64,000 nt of DNA from positions 19,259,309-19,323,308 of the forward strand of contig NC_092379.1 in assembly GCF_030028105.1 (NCBI RefSeq), read 5' to 3'. Of this stretch, positions 52,020-63,240 are shown piece by piece. How positions within the stretch are numbered: the first letter of the stretch is position 1; each line of letters starts with the position of its first letter. The position numbers and the translations under genes are program-made. The stretch is from Mobula birostris. Taxonomy: Eukaryota. The notes under the pieces were generated by a model. That model was not told where the DNA came from, did no database searches, and saw only the letters and a list, made by a program, of their open reading frames with translations.

Positions 52020-55000
52020 TGCCAGTGAACGGCTAAGGATTTCTCGAGCGAAGGCATTTTGCTACTCGGGGTAAAAGAGAGGCAAGACTGCGCAAGCACA
52101 TGACATCAACCAGTAGAGCAGGAAAAGTTCAAAAAGAAGACCGCCATATTCAGTGGGCAGCATTCAGAGCAGGCAACGGAGTGAGAAGTAGCAGAGTGAG
52201 AGGGCTTTAGCTCAATGGGCTTAGGCAGTAGCGAGGCAAGGTGGGTTTACCTGTGTTCATAGCGGAAAGGAAGTATGTGTGTGAGGCTGGTGTTCTGTGC
52301 TCGGTGTCAGATGTGGGAGGTCCTGGAGTCTCCTAGTCTCCTAGACAGCCATATCTGCACCCAGTGTGTCAAGCTGCAGCTCCTAAGGGACCGCGTTAGG
52401 GAACTGGAGATGCAGCTCGATGACCTTCGTCTGATCAGGGAGAGTGAGGAGGTGATAGAGAGGAGTTATAAGCAGGTGGTCACACCGGGGCCACGGGAGA
52501 CAGACAAGTGGGTAACAGTTAGGAGAGGGAAGAGGAAGAGTCAGATACTAGAGAGTACCCCTGTGGCTGTACCCCTTGACAATAAGTACTCCTGTTTGAG
52601 TACTGTTGGGGGGGACAGCTTACCTGGGGGAAGCAACAGTGGCTGTGCCTCTGGCACAGAGTCCGGCCCTGTGGCTCAGAAGGGGAGGGAAAGGAAGAGA
52701 ACGGCAGTCATGATAGGGGACTCTATAGTTACGGGGTCAGACAGGCGATTCTGTGGATGCAGGAAAGAAACTTGGATGGTAGTTTGCTTCCCAGGTGCCA
52801 GGATCCGGGATGTTTCAGATCACGTCCAAGGTATCCTGCAGTGGGAGAGAGAACAGCCAGAGGTCGTGGTACATATTGGTACCAATGACATTGGTAGGAA
52901 AAGGGAAGAGGTCCTGAAAAAAAGACTACAGGGAGTTAGGCTGTATTTGATTTGGTATTGGGAAATGAACCTGGTCAGGTGTCAGATCTCTCAGTGGAAG
53001 AGCATTTTGGAGGTAGTGATCATAATTCTATCTCCTTTACAATAGCATTGGAGAGAAATAGGAACAGACAAGTTAGAAAAGCGTTTAATTGGAGTAAGGG
53101 GAATTATGAGGCTATCAGGCAGGAAATTGGAAGCTTGAATTGGGAACAGATATTCTCAGGGAAAAGTATGGAAGAAATGTGGCAAATGTTCAGGGGATAT
53201 TTGTGTGGAGTTCTGCATAGGTACATTCCAATGAGACAGGGAAGTTATGGTAGGGTACAGGAACCATGGTGCACAAAGGCTGTAATAAATCTAGTCAAGA
53301 AGAAAAGAAAAGCTTACAAAAGGTTCAGAGAGCTAGGTAATGTTAGAGATCTAGAAGATTATAATGCTAACAGGAAGGAGCTTAAAAAGGAAATTCTGGG
53401 AGCCAGAAAGGGCCATGAGAAGGTCTTGGCAGGCAGAATTAAGGAAAACCCCAAGGCATCCTACAAGTATGTAAAGAGCAAGAGGCTAAGATGTGAAAGA
53501 GTAGGACCTATCAAGTGTGACAGTGGGAAAGTGTGTACGGAACCGAAAGAAATAGCAGAGGTACTTAATGAATGCTTTACTTCAGTATTCACTATGGAAA
53601 AGGATCTTGGTAATTGTAGTGATGACTTGCAGCAGACTGAAAAGCCTGAGCATATAGATATTAAGAAAGAGGATGTGCTGGAGCTTTTGGAAAGCATCAA
53701 GTTGGATAAGTTGCCGGGACCGGATGAGATATACCCCAGGCTACTGTGGGAGGCGAGGGAGGAGATTGCTGAGCCTCTGGCAATGATCTTTGAATCGTCA
53801 ATGGTGACAGGAGAGGTTCTGGAGGATTGGAGGGTTGCAAATGTTGTTCCTTTATTCAAGAAAGGGAGTAGAGATAGCCCAGGAAATTATAGACCAGTGA
53901 GTCTTACTTCAGTGGTTGGTAAGGTGATGGAGAAGGTCCTAAGAGGCAGGATTTTTGAACATTTGGAGAGATATAGTATGATTAGGAATAGTCAGCATGG
54001 CTTTGTCAAGGGCAGGTCGTGCCTTACAAGCCTGATTGAATTTTTTGAGGATATGACTAAACACATTGATGAAGGAAGAGCAGTAGATGTAGCGTATATG
54101 GATTTCAGCAAGGCATTTGATAAGGTACCCCATGCCAGGCTTATTGAGAAAGTCAGGAGGCATGGAATCCAAGGGGACATTGCTTTGTGGATCCAGAACT
54201 GGCTTGCCCACAGAAGGCAAAGAGTGGTTGTAAATGGGTCATATTCTGCATGGAGGTTGGTGACCAGTGGTATGCCTCAGGGATATGTTCTGGAACTCCT
54301 ACTCTTCGTGATTTTTATAAATGACCTGGATGAGGAAGTGGAGGGATGGGTTAGTAAGTTTACTGATGACACAAAGGTTGGTGGTGTTATGGATAGTGTG
54401 GAAGGCTGTCAGAGGTTATAGTGGGACATTGATAGGATGCAAAACTGGGCTGAGAAGTGGCAGATGGAGTTCAACCCAGATAAGTGTGAAGTGGTTCATT
54501 TTGGCAGGTCAAGTATGATGGCAGAATATAGTAGTAATGGTAAGACTCTTGGCAGGGTGGAGGATCAGAGGGATCTTGGGGTCCAAGTCCATAGGATGCT
54601 CAAAGCAGCTGCCCAGGTTGACTCTGTGGTTAAGAAGGCATACGGTGTATTAGCCTTCATTAATCGTCAAATTGAATTTAGGAGCCGAGAGGTAATGTTG
54701 GACCCTGGTCAGACCCCACTTGGAGTACTGTGCTCAGTTCTGTTCGCCTCACTACAGGAAGGATGTGGAAGCCATAGAAAGGGTGCAGAGGAGGTTTATA
54801 AGGATGTTGCTTGGACTGGGGAGCATGCCTTATGAAAACAGATTGAGTGAACTCGGCCTTTTCTCCTTGGAGCGACGGAGGATGAGAGGTGACCTGATAG
54901 AGGTGTATAAGATGATGAGAGGCATTGCCCGTGTGGATAGTCAGAGGCTTTTTCCCAGGACTGAAATGGTTGCCACAAGAGGGCACAGGTTTAAGGTGCT

Positions 55001-55262
55001 GGGGAGTAGGTACAGAGGAGATGGTATGTTTTTTTTTATGCAGAGAGTTGTGAGTGCGTGTAATGGGCTACTGTCAACGGTGGTGAACGTGGATACGATA
55101 GAGTCTTTTAAGAGACTTTTGGATAGGTACATGGAGCTTAGAAAAATAGAGGGCTATGGGTAAGCCTAGTAATTTCCAAGTTAGGGACATGTTCAGCACA
55201 ACTTTGTGGGCCAAAGGGCCTGTATTGTGCTGTAGGTTTTCTAAGTTTCTATGTTCCTATGT
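52020..55262 (+). mobile_element. Near full-length CR1 LINE with a deletion spanning the ORF1 end and endonuclease start
   Basis: 5' UTR; ORF1 52275- (CARCQMWE..ICTQC..IGDS..VHIGTND); junction near 52935; ORF2 52952-55163; tail tttctatgttcctatgt. Confidence 0.93.
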
Positions 55263-56880
55263 TAATCCCTTTACGGAGGCCCAATACTTCCTCCAACTTT
55301 ACCTCGAAATGCCCGAATTTATTTGTACATTCAGCACTGATCTCTTGGTCATCCACATCTTTTTCCTTTGTAAATACTGAAGCAAAGTACTCATTAAGTA
55401 CCTCACTCACATTCTCTGCATCCAAGCTGATATTCCCCCCTTTATCATTAAGTGGTCCCACCCTCTCCCGAGTTATCCTCTTACCCTTGACATATGTATA
55501 GAATGCCTTGGGATTCACCTTAATCTAACTTGCCAAGGACTTTTCATAGCCCCTGCTGGCTTTCCTAATTTCCTTTAGTTCCTTTCTGGCTTCTTTATAC
55601 CCCTAATGTGCTTTGTTTGATTCAACCTTTACATACTTGATCTTTTTCTTCTTGACTAAACTCATCACCTCTCTGAACATCCAGGGTTCTCTTATCTTTG
55701 CATCCTCATCCTTCCTTCTGACAGGAACATACTTTTCCTGTACTCTGTGCAATTGCTCTTTAAACACCTTCCACATGTCTGATGTGAACTTGCCAGAGAA
55801 AAGGTGTTTACAATTAACAATTCTTGGTTCCTGCCAAATGCCCTTGTAAATTGCCCTATGCCAATTTAAAATTGTTCCACAAGGATAATACCTATCCTTG
55901 TCAATAGTTATCCTGAAAGTTAACGAGTTGTCACTCTTCCCTTACTGTTCACCCACTGAAAGATCAGTCACCTGGCCAGGCTCATTCTCCAGTACCAGGA
56001 GCAGTATGGCCCCTCCTTTCATTGGACCATACACATATTGATTTGAGAAACCTTCTTGGATGCACTTAACAAATTCAGCCCGATCAGAATCCCTTAAACT
56101 CTCCCATGTAGCATCAGCAAATCTTGAAGCCAGGTTAATTGTTCCCCTGCAGTTCAGGTGCAATCCATCTCAATCAACCTGCATACTGAAATTCCCATTG
56201 ATTATCTTAACATTGCACTTTTGACATGCATCTTCCGTCTCCCATTGTAATTTGTAGACCACATATTTGTTATACTATTTGCAGGTCTGTTTCTAATTCC
56301 CATCAGGGACTTTCACCCTTGCAAATTCTTAGCTCTACCTAGAACGGTTCTATACCATCTGATCCCATGTCACCTCTTTCTAATCATTTAATTTAATTTT
56401 TTACCAACACAGCCACACCACACCTTCGGCCTACTTCCCTGTCCTTTCGATACAATATGTATCCTTGGACATCAAGCTCCCAGTTATACAGTAATCTTCT
56501 TTCAGCCACAATTCAGTGATACCCATAATGTCATACATGCCAATCTGTAGCTGTGTTACAAGTTCATCTAGCATAGTGTATTCCGTATACTATGTGCGTT
56601 CAGATATAACACCTTCAGTCTTGTGTTTATCACAGTTCAAAATTTTGTCTCCCTTTTACATTGTAACTCATCCCGTTGACGGCAATTTTACCCGAACATC
56701 AACTTCTTCTTGCTAGCAGTCTCACTACACACTGCTTCTGTTTGTAAACCAACAACTTGATCCTCAACCCTTTCACTTCATTTCCCATCCCCCTGCCAAA
56801 TTTGTTCCAACCCTTCTGAACAACTCTAGCAAACTGGTCTGCAAATCTATTTGCCTCCATCGATTCAGGTGTAACCTGTC
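55263..56880 (-). mobile_element. CR1 LINE fragments (endonuclease and linker)
   Basis: NPKAFYTYVKGKR, KCIQEGFSNQYV, and the ORF1/ORF2 linker cagtctcactacacactgcttctgtttgtaaacc. Confidence 0.85.
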
Positions 56881-57092
56881 CCTTTTCTACAGGTCATAAC
56901 TTCTGCTTATCAAGGCCCAGAGTCTTCGAGTAAAGAGGAAAGGTGTAAAGTTCCCAGGGGTTGTGAAGGGCTTCAGACTGCATTGTCTGTTGACTGTGCT
57001 GTCGTTGGGATTGCAGTGTCAGAGAATGCAATGTGAAGTAAGGAAGGTGAAAGTTTGGGTTTCATGGGAGTCTCTGTTAGTCACTTGGTTAC

Positions 57093-57235
57093 CTTGATAA
57101 CGGTGACGAAGGTGCTGTAGAGGAAACTGATGATGAACAGAATGGCAAAGGCAGCAACTGTAAGCACATTGTCATCTCCATCCACGTGTCCCTGTTCTTC
57201 CTTCCCCTCCTCTCCTGTCAAGTCTGTGCAGATTC
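57093..57235 (-). CDS. Immunoglobulin heavy-chain transmembrane (TM1) exon, IgW-like
   Basis: Acceptor ttctttcag at 57236, donor GTAACC at 57092; 143 nt, phase 1 to 0; GICTDLTGEEGKEEQGHVDGDDNVLTVAAFAILFIISFLYSTFVTVIK carries the antigen-receptor TM pattern LF..S..YS..VT. Confidence 0.92.
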
Positions 57236-58059
57236 CTGAAAGAATTGAGAAAGTGAGACTGTTAGTTTCTTGTCGATGTTTCTTGAAGATCAACATGGCA
57301 ATAAACTTGAGTAAACTTAATGACTCAAGTCATGTTTCCCCACAGCATGTCATTTGTAACCAGGGAGCAGCTGGATAGAGCTAAATGAACTAGTTTCTCC
57401 GAAACGACTATGTTCGCTCCGTTAAAAATATTGACCAGATATTCACTTAGCGTTCATTAAACATCATCCCAGTTTGTAATTTACTCTGGGAAGTGCATGT
57501 ATGTTCAGCAGTCCCTCCAAGACAGTTTATCCAAAGACCTGCTGTTAGTTCCTGCGTATTCATTTCATTGATTATTATCTCTGCAGTTAAAGCCTTTCAG
57601 ACTGCTAACAGATCTGCCAGCCTTGTGTGAGTGGCAAAGTTTGTCATGTGTGTTTCTGCCCAATATCTAAACCATGAATAAATCTAGTGAATAGTGTCAG
57701 CACTGAACACATTGCTGCAGGTCACAGGGCATCACTGTCTACATATTGTCCCTTCTTTCTGTAGCTCTCCACTTTCTGAATGAGATCACTAAATGTCTTC
57801 ACAAAGTTGATGAAATATCTTTCCCTGTCAATTACCTTTGTATATTTGAAACTGCGGACCAATCCAGAATGTTCTGTCATCTGTACAGTAGAAACTAGAA
57901 TACACATACACCTATAACCATTTGAATGTCTGTCTGCCTGTCTATATAATGAAGGACAGAACCAACCAGGCAACACTTCCAGCCCCTCATGTTTGAGTCA
58001 CACAGTTGTATCCCAAAACATACCGGCACGGAACACTGGCAGCCGAATGCTTTCCGTAC

Positions 58060-58435
58060 CTTCTTTATTGAACTTTGATTGCACAAACACAGGCTGACAT
58101 TCAACCTCTCATGTAGTCTACAGAAGTTTCCAACAGGATCAGACCTGACACTAGGAAGTTTTTAAAAAAAACTGCAGGATCTCAGACATGTTAGTAAATT
58201 ATTTTGATGTATTTAATCATGGAAATATATATTTCCATTTTGAGCTAATGAGAAAGAACTTGCAGGTAACCTTGCTTGTTTCAGGGAGATAAACCACATT
58301 GTTGTAGGATCAGCCACCAACTGGAGGTTGACCAGTGGGGTAGCTGGCCACGGGAATCTCTGCTGCAAAGAACTCAGTGACCTGACACTTGTCCTTTTAT
58401 CTGGTGAGGAAGTGTAGCTTTAGAGGGTTCCTACT
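58060..58435 (-). pseudogene. Possible decayed last C exon plus secretory-tail remnant (IgW CH6 / IgNAR C5 homologue)
   Basis: NPLKLHFL..*..CQVTEFFAAEIPV versus recalled NAR C5 HPPKVYLL..CLATNFHPAEIYV; LNVSLCL at 58104-58084 versus tail NVSVVL about 110 codons downstream; AATAAA at 58069-58064. Confidence 0.35.
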
Positions 58436-58629
58436 GGGAATGGACTTTTTTATTCATCTGAAGTTTTCCTGGAATATTCTGCTCTTACACCATTCAGGCT
58501 AATATTTACACCAGGAGTGATCTCTCCACATCTAAAATGTAAAGGCTTTTTACTTTTGGAAATGAAAGAGAAATTGTGGAAAGTGTTCAGTGGGTTAGAA
58601 AACACTTGTGAACAGAGAAAGGGATAACA

Positions 58630-58847
58630 TTGAGAGAGCATCACAAGTGTACTCTGTACCATTGCTTCAGCACTAGTTCTGTGCCTGGCTGAGTACTGTG
58701 CATCTCTCTGGTTTACTGGAACTCAACAACTGTCTGATGTCCAGTTACATTCCACAATGCCTGCTCCAGTGGAACTCAGTTCCTCCAGTTCTGCTGACAG
58801 ATAGACTTGCTTCATGTTTCTGAGATGCTGGTGTGAGAACATTGACC
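58630..58847 (-). pseudogene. Probable decayed C exon (IgW CH5 / IgNAR C4 homologue)
   Basis: After acceptor ctgcag: GQCSHTSIS, SICQ, AELEEL.FHW, then SNGTEYTC (58666-58643) in shifting frames with stops, versus recalled NAR C4 DCRQTDIS..IVC..SDLENIKVFW..WDSGTEYVC. Confidence 0.5.
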
Positions 58848-59201
58848 CTGCAGTCATTATTTCATCATTCCCTCACTGACAAGGCCGGCATTCCTTGCTC
58901 TGCTCCAGCAGGTCCGTCACAGAGCAGTGAAGAGTTTGGTGTGGGACTGATGGATACAGGTAAACAGGGTAGGAAGGGCAGTGTCCTTCACCAAAGAACA
59001 TCAGTGAAATAGTTTGTAATCTAAAACTGGCTTGAAGCATTGAATGAACTCTGATTCTTTCCCACTCTCTGCCTCTGCATTATTAATCCACTCACACAAC
59101 TACAACAATGCCAGACTTGCCGTTACCTATTGACCTTGCTTGTCCCTGGGTTGTGACTGTGGCAGAGGATGTCAACAGTACAGTGAATCTCAGAATCATA
59201 C

Positions 59202-59526
59202 CTTGAATGTTTTTCACATCCTGCCTGACACTGGTTTTGGAGGGGGGAATGAGACACTGTGCATCTGAAAACTAAGCCTTCCTTCCACTCCTCTGTGCTC
59301 ACGGTCAGGTCGTAGCTGGCAATGAAAGTCCCTGCCTGTTCCAGAGCAGTTGGTCTCACACTGGTGTTGGAAGAGATCAGAGAGTCCCCTTTCTCCCAGG
59401 TGGCGGTTATTTGTTCCGGGTAGAATCCAGAGGCAACACACTCGAGGGTGACCGTGTTCCCACTGTTGGTCCCTCCCTCTGGCGGTGGCAGCAGTCTGAC
59501 TTTGGGACTTTTTGTCTCCAGTGGAA
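59202..59526 (-). CDS. Ig heavy-chain C1-set exon (IgW CH4 / IgNAR C3 homologue) with a +1 frameshift near its 3' end
   Basis: Acceptor catcag, donor GTATGA; PKVRLLPPP..VTLECVASGFYP..TWEKG..PTALEQ..EEWKEG..FRCTVSHSP; 325 nt (3n+1); removing one G from 59242-59247 gives SHSPSKTSVRQDVKNIQ and a phase-1 donor. Confidence 0.92.
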
Positions 59527-59609
59527 CTGATGGGCAAACAATGGAAATGTCAAACATTTTTACTGAGGTAACCAACGTTGTCCATTTTAATCGCTGACCT
59601 CTTGCCCAC

Positions 59610-59912
59610 CTTTGGTACTTTTTGTCCGTGCTGATACTGGTGAGGTTGCAGAAGGTTGTCGGGCAGAGCAAGTGTACTCCACCCCACTGGTCCACTCCTC
59701 CACACTGGTCTGGAGTTGGCTGATCACTGTATCTTGGGTTCCTTCCTCTCTTGGTTTTTTGGTCACATTTGCTTTAATTTTCTCCCTCTCGTTCACTTTC
59801 CAGTGGATTTGGACCTGGCTCAGATCAGCACCCACAATCATACACACCAGAGTAGCGGTCTGGTTGATCCACATCTCTTCAATGGAGGGATTTTGGATAA
59901 AGACGGACAACT
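59610..59912 (-). CDS. Ig heavy-chain C1-set exon (IgW CH3 / IgNAR C2 homologue), intact
   Basis: Acceptor ctacag, donor GTGGGC; 303 nt, phase 1 to 1; LSVFIQNPSIEEMWINQTATLVC..IHWKV..SVEEWTSGVEYTCSARQ with canonical Cys-Trp-Cys. Confidence 0.93.
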
Positions 59913-60769
59913 CTGTAGATGAGTAATAGAAAACTTACAAACTGGACGATATCTATTGTCAGCTGGCTTGACAACTTCAGCTCAGACTTATCCTGAAGCT
60001 CAACTTGTACATAATTGTACAATGGGGTGAAATCAGGTTTGTCTGCAGAGTGGGTTTGCTCATCTCTGTTTACAACCTTTGAATGAGAAAACAAAATCAA
60101 ACATCAAGGAGCTTCTTTCCTTGGGACCCAGTTGGGTCACAACAGGGACTACAGGACAGTTGCCCAGCTACGTGACATTTAGCTGCTGCAATGCCAATCA
60201 AATGCACTATCAGAGCTGTCAATTGCAATGAGAGATGCAGTTTCTCATGAAAGACGACATTTCCTGAAATCTTCTTGTCTTGGAGCATGTGAGAGCCTGT
60301 AGATCCATTTGTGACATTGAGCTGAATCAATGAGCTGCCTCATATCTGTTAGGACTGAGCCTGAGATTCCTCCAGAATGAAAATTCTGATGCTGACTTTC
60401 GAATCTCCCATGAAAAATCTCTCTTTTCATTTCTGTAACTTGCCTGCCCTAGTCAATGATCTCACTTTGTTCCAGTTGTCCTATTCACTTCATCTATTTC
60501 CATCTCTACACTTTAAACCTCCCTGCCATTCTATTTCCTGTGGAGTCTGCTTTTCACTTGCTGGACACTCATAGACATGGCTTTGTGTCCCATCATCCAC
60601 ATCATTAGTAATATCAGTGAATAGTTGCAGGGCGGACAAAGATCATTGCAGGGCACTGCTCACGATTAAATCCTGCTGAGTTCAGTCCCCTGTCACATGA
60701 CACAGTGATAATGGAGTTGTTGATGAATGATTGCAAACAATTTCAGTCCATTAGTCTACAGCAGATCCA

Positions 60770-62410
60770 GGCATGGTGTGGGGCAGCCACCTCAGGCCAA
60801 CATCGGGCAGTCACTGGAAGAGCTGAGCGCCGTGATCAGTAAACACGAAATAGCACACCCGGATATGAACCAGGACATCTTGAGGAAGTCTCTGAACAAT
60901 GACCACTCACATATCTCCTGTGGAACCAGACGAGCCAACACTTGACCACTGTGATACCACCATCAACAACGGTTACCGTGCCAGCACATGGCCACACTTT
61001 GGTAAGGCTGATCACCTGGATGTACTTCAACTCCCAGCATATAGGCAGAGACTAAAGACCACAGCGTTGGTAGCAAGGACCAAGAAGATATCGTCAAGGA
61101 AGACAGAAGTGCGCCGACAGGACTTTTGAGTTGGTGAACTGGATAATATTACTGCACAACAATTTTTTCAAAAATGTTGCTTCCTCAGAGTTTTTTTATT
61201 TATGATAGACTGCTTGAAGATGAACACAAATATAATTTCAGACTACTTGGATCACGTAGGAATTTGGAGAAACAACAAATTAACTTTTATTGAATATAAT
61301 GTGTTTAATTGCATAATGGTGCTGATGCTTTGCAATAGTTCAACTAAGATGAAAATATTTTGTTAATGATTTTCATTTGTGCTCAATGTCTGCGGCTTCT
61401 TGCTTAACTGTCCAAAAATAATCCACCAGCATTGATGGATTCCAGTTGCCCTGATATCTTTTCTCCATGACCGCAACGTCCTGGTGAAACCTCTCACCAT
61501 GCTCGTCACTAACAGCACCAAGATTTGCAGGGAAGAAGTCTAAATGGGAGTGGAGAAAATGAATCTTTAGTGACATGTTGCATTTCAAGGTTTTGTATGC
61601 TTGAAGCATGCTTTCAACCAGCTGCATGTAGTTTGGTGCTCTATAGATACCGAGAAAAGTTTCAACAACTTCCTTGAATGACTTGTGATTTTCTCCGGTC
61701 CCACTAGAAATTCTTCAAATTGCCTGTCATTGATGACCTGTTTGATTTGTGGACCAACAAAAATGCTTTCCTTAATCTTGGCATCAGTTATTCTGGGAAG
61801 CATCTGTCTCAAATATCAAAATCCTTCATAGAAATGTTTGTGCCTGGTGATAGCAAATTCCATCCTTACAGTCCTGAACCCAAAAATTATTACTAAAACC
61901 TGTCCTGCCATGCAGCAGCCGTGCCGCCTAAGCATGCCCAAGCATGCCTGGACAAGATAGGAATCTTTCCAGCTTACATTGTAGGCAACATTTTAATTGA
62001 CTTGAATTATGAATTGAAATAATAAACATAAGTGACTTCAAAAAATGGTGCGTGATAGGGAAATTTCATGATGATTTTCATGATCGGTAGCCCAAAATTC
62101 AAAAGATACAGCTAAAGGTATTCAGGAAGCAAGATCTTTGTTGTCCAGTGTATTCAGAGACTTATCTTCAAATCGGAATGAATATGCCACAGTTGTCACC
62201 AACTTTGTCAAACCCTGTGTGGATAAGTGTGTGCCTTCAAGAACATACCGGACATACCCAAAGCAAAAGCTGTGGATGGACCAGGAGATTTGTAGTCTGC
62301 TGAGGGCTCGATTTATGGCAGTCCAGGCTGGTGATCTAGCATTAGACAAGAAGCCCAGGTACGACCTGCGGAAGGCTATTTTAAGAGTGAATAAACTCAT
62401 CTTGGTCAAG
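60770..62410 (+). mobile_element. Rex1/Babar-type LINE ORF2 endonuclease-linker fragment, split by a DNA transposon
   Basis: HFGKADHLDVLQLPAYRQRLK; FELVNWIIFRDLSSNRNEYATVVT is restored when 61150-62150 and one TAT are removed. Confidence 0.8.
61150..62150 (-). mobile_element. Internally deleted Chapaev-3-like (CMC) DNA transposon
   Basis: Transposase C-terminus FVGPQIK and CNMSLKIHFLHSHLDFFPANLGAVSDEHGERFHQD; imperfect TIRs (t)actgcacaacaa..ttgcttcct / aggaagcaa..ttgttgtccagtg; TSD TAT at 61147-61149 and 62151-62153. Confidence 0.78.
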
Positions 62411-62629
62411 ATGATGCCAGAATGCAATCCTCGCTCGGTCAACCTCTTCCAGATTGCTCATGAAGATATCCTTTTTTGGTCTTTTATGTCTGTTTTTCTC
62501 CTTAAATATGTTTCTGGGACTGTTAGAGTTAGAGACTGCGATTTTGATTGGAGATTGTTTCAGTGATCCAGTACCTTGCTGACTCTGAGAAGATTCTGAG
62601 CATGTACTCAGATCACCTCGATGCAATGA

Positions 62630-63240
62630 AACTTCAAGACAGGGTGCGAGCCGACGATTGACTCCATTTCGCCATTTAAAGCATTCATTAAGCGAGTGAA
62701 CGTTTTGGCGCCGATGCCTGTCTTTTGATCACTGCTGGAGATGGATTCTGTGAGCGGCCTTTTGCTTTGTGTCTTGCTGTGACAGGCGGGTCGGCCTCTC
62801 TGCCTCGTGTGGTGTCCCTCTCCTGTCTTTCAATGAATGTCGGTGATATCGGAGATGGTATTGTGGTTCTGTATTTGTGGATTCGACTGTTGTGTTTATG
62901 GACTGTGGACATTTTCAGACTTATATTCTGTGTTTTTTATCGCCCGTTCCTTTTCTGTTTTGTAGTGTGACGGGAGGGTGTTTGGGGGTCGGTGTTCTGT
63001 TAGCTTTTTGTGTGGGGGAGGGGTTGTTTTGTGGGGTCGGTGTTACTGTTCTGTTTTGTGAAGGGGGGTATCGGGGGGGGATTGATGATTGGGATGCCAT
63101 TTTTGTCAGTGGGGGGATGGGGTGAGTTTCATGTTTCTCTCTGAACGACTTTCATGTTCTTTCTTGTTTTCGTGGCTATCTGGAGAACACAAATTTTAAG
63201 TTGTATGTGGATACAGGCTTTGATAATAATGAACCTTTGT
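62630..63240 (+). repeat. Unclassified non-coding interspersed repeat with a LINE-like 3' tail
   Basis: GT-rich body ending tttgataataatgaacctttg, similar in style to the Rex1-type tails in the window; no coding motif. Confidence 0.4.

Noticed and set aside
52275-53045. Apparent CR1 ORF1-ORF2 fusion protein at the deletion junction
   Set aside because: The read-through is in the wrong ORF2 frame and depends on an A-run shift; the true ORF2 frame has TAG just before the junction
59123-59695. 190-aa ORF spanning the Ig exon
   Set aside because: Its N- and C-terminal parts are an off-frame exon piece and intron read-through; only 59202-59526 is exon
60701-60739. CACAGTG heptamer upstream of the Ig C exons
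   Set aside because: No nonamer at 12 or 23 nt (ttgatgaat, ttgcaaaca), and no J-like FG.G/WG.G coding segment adjacent. Other CACAGTG/CACTGTG hits lie inside LINE or LTR sequence
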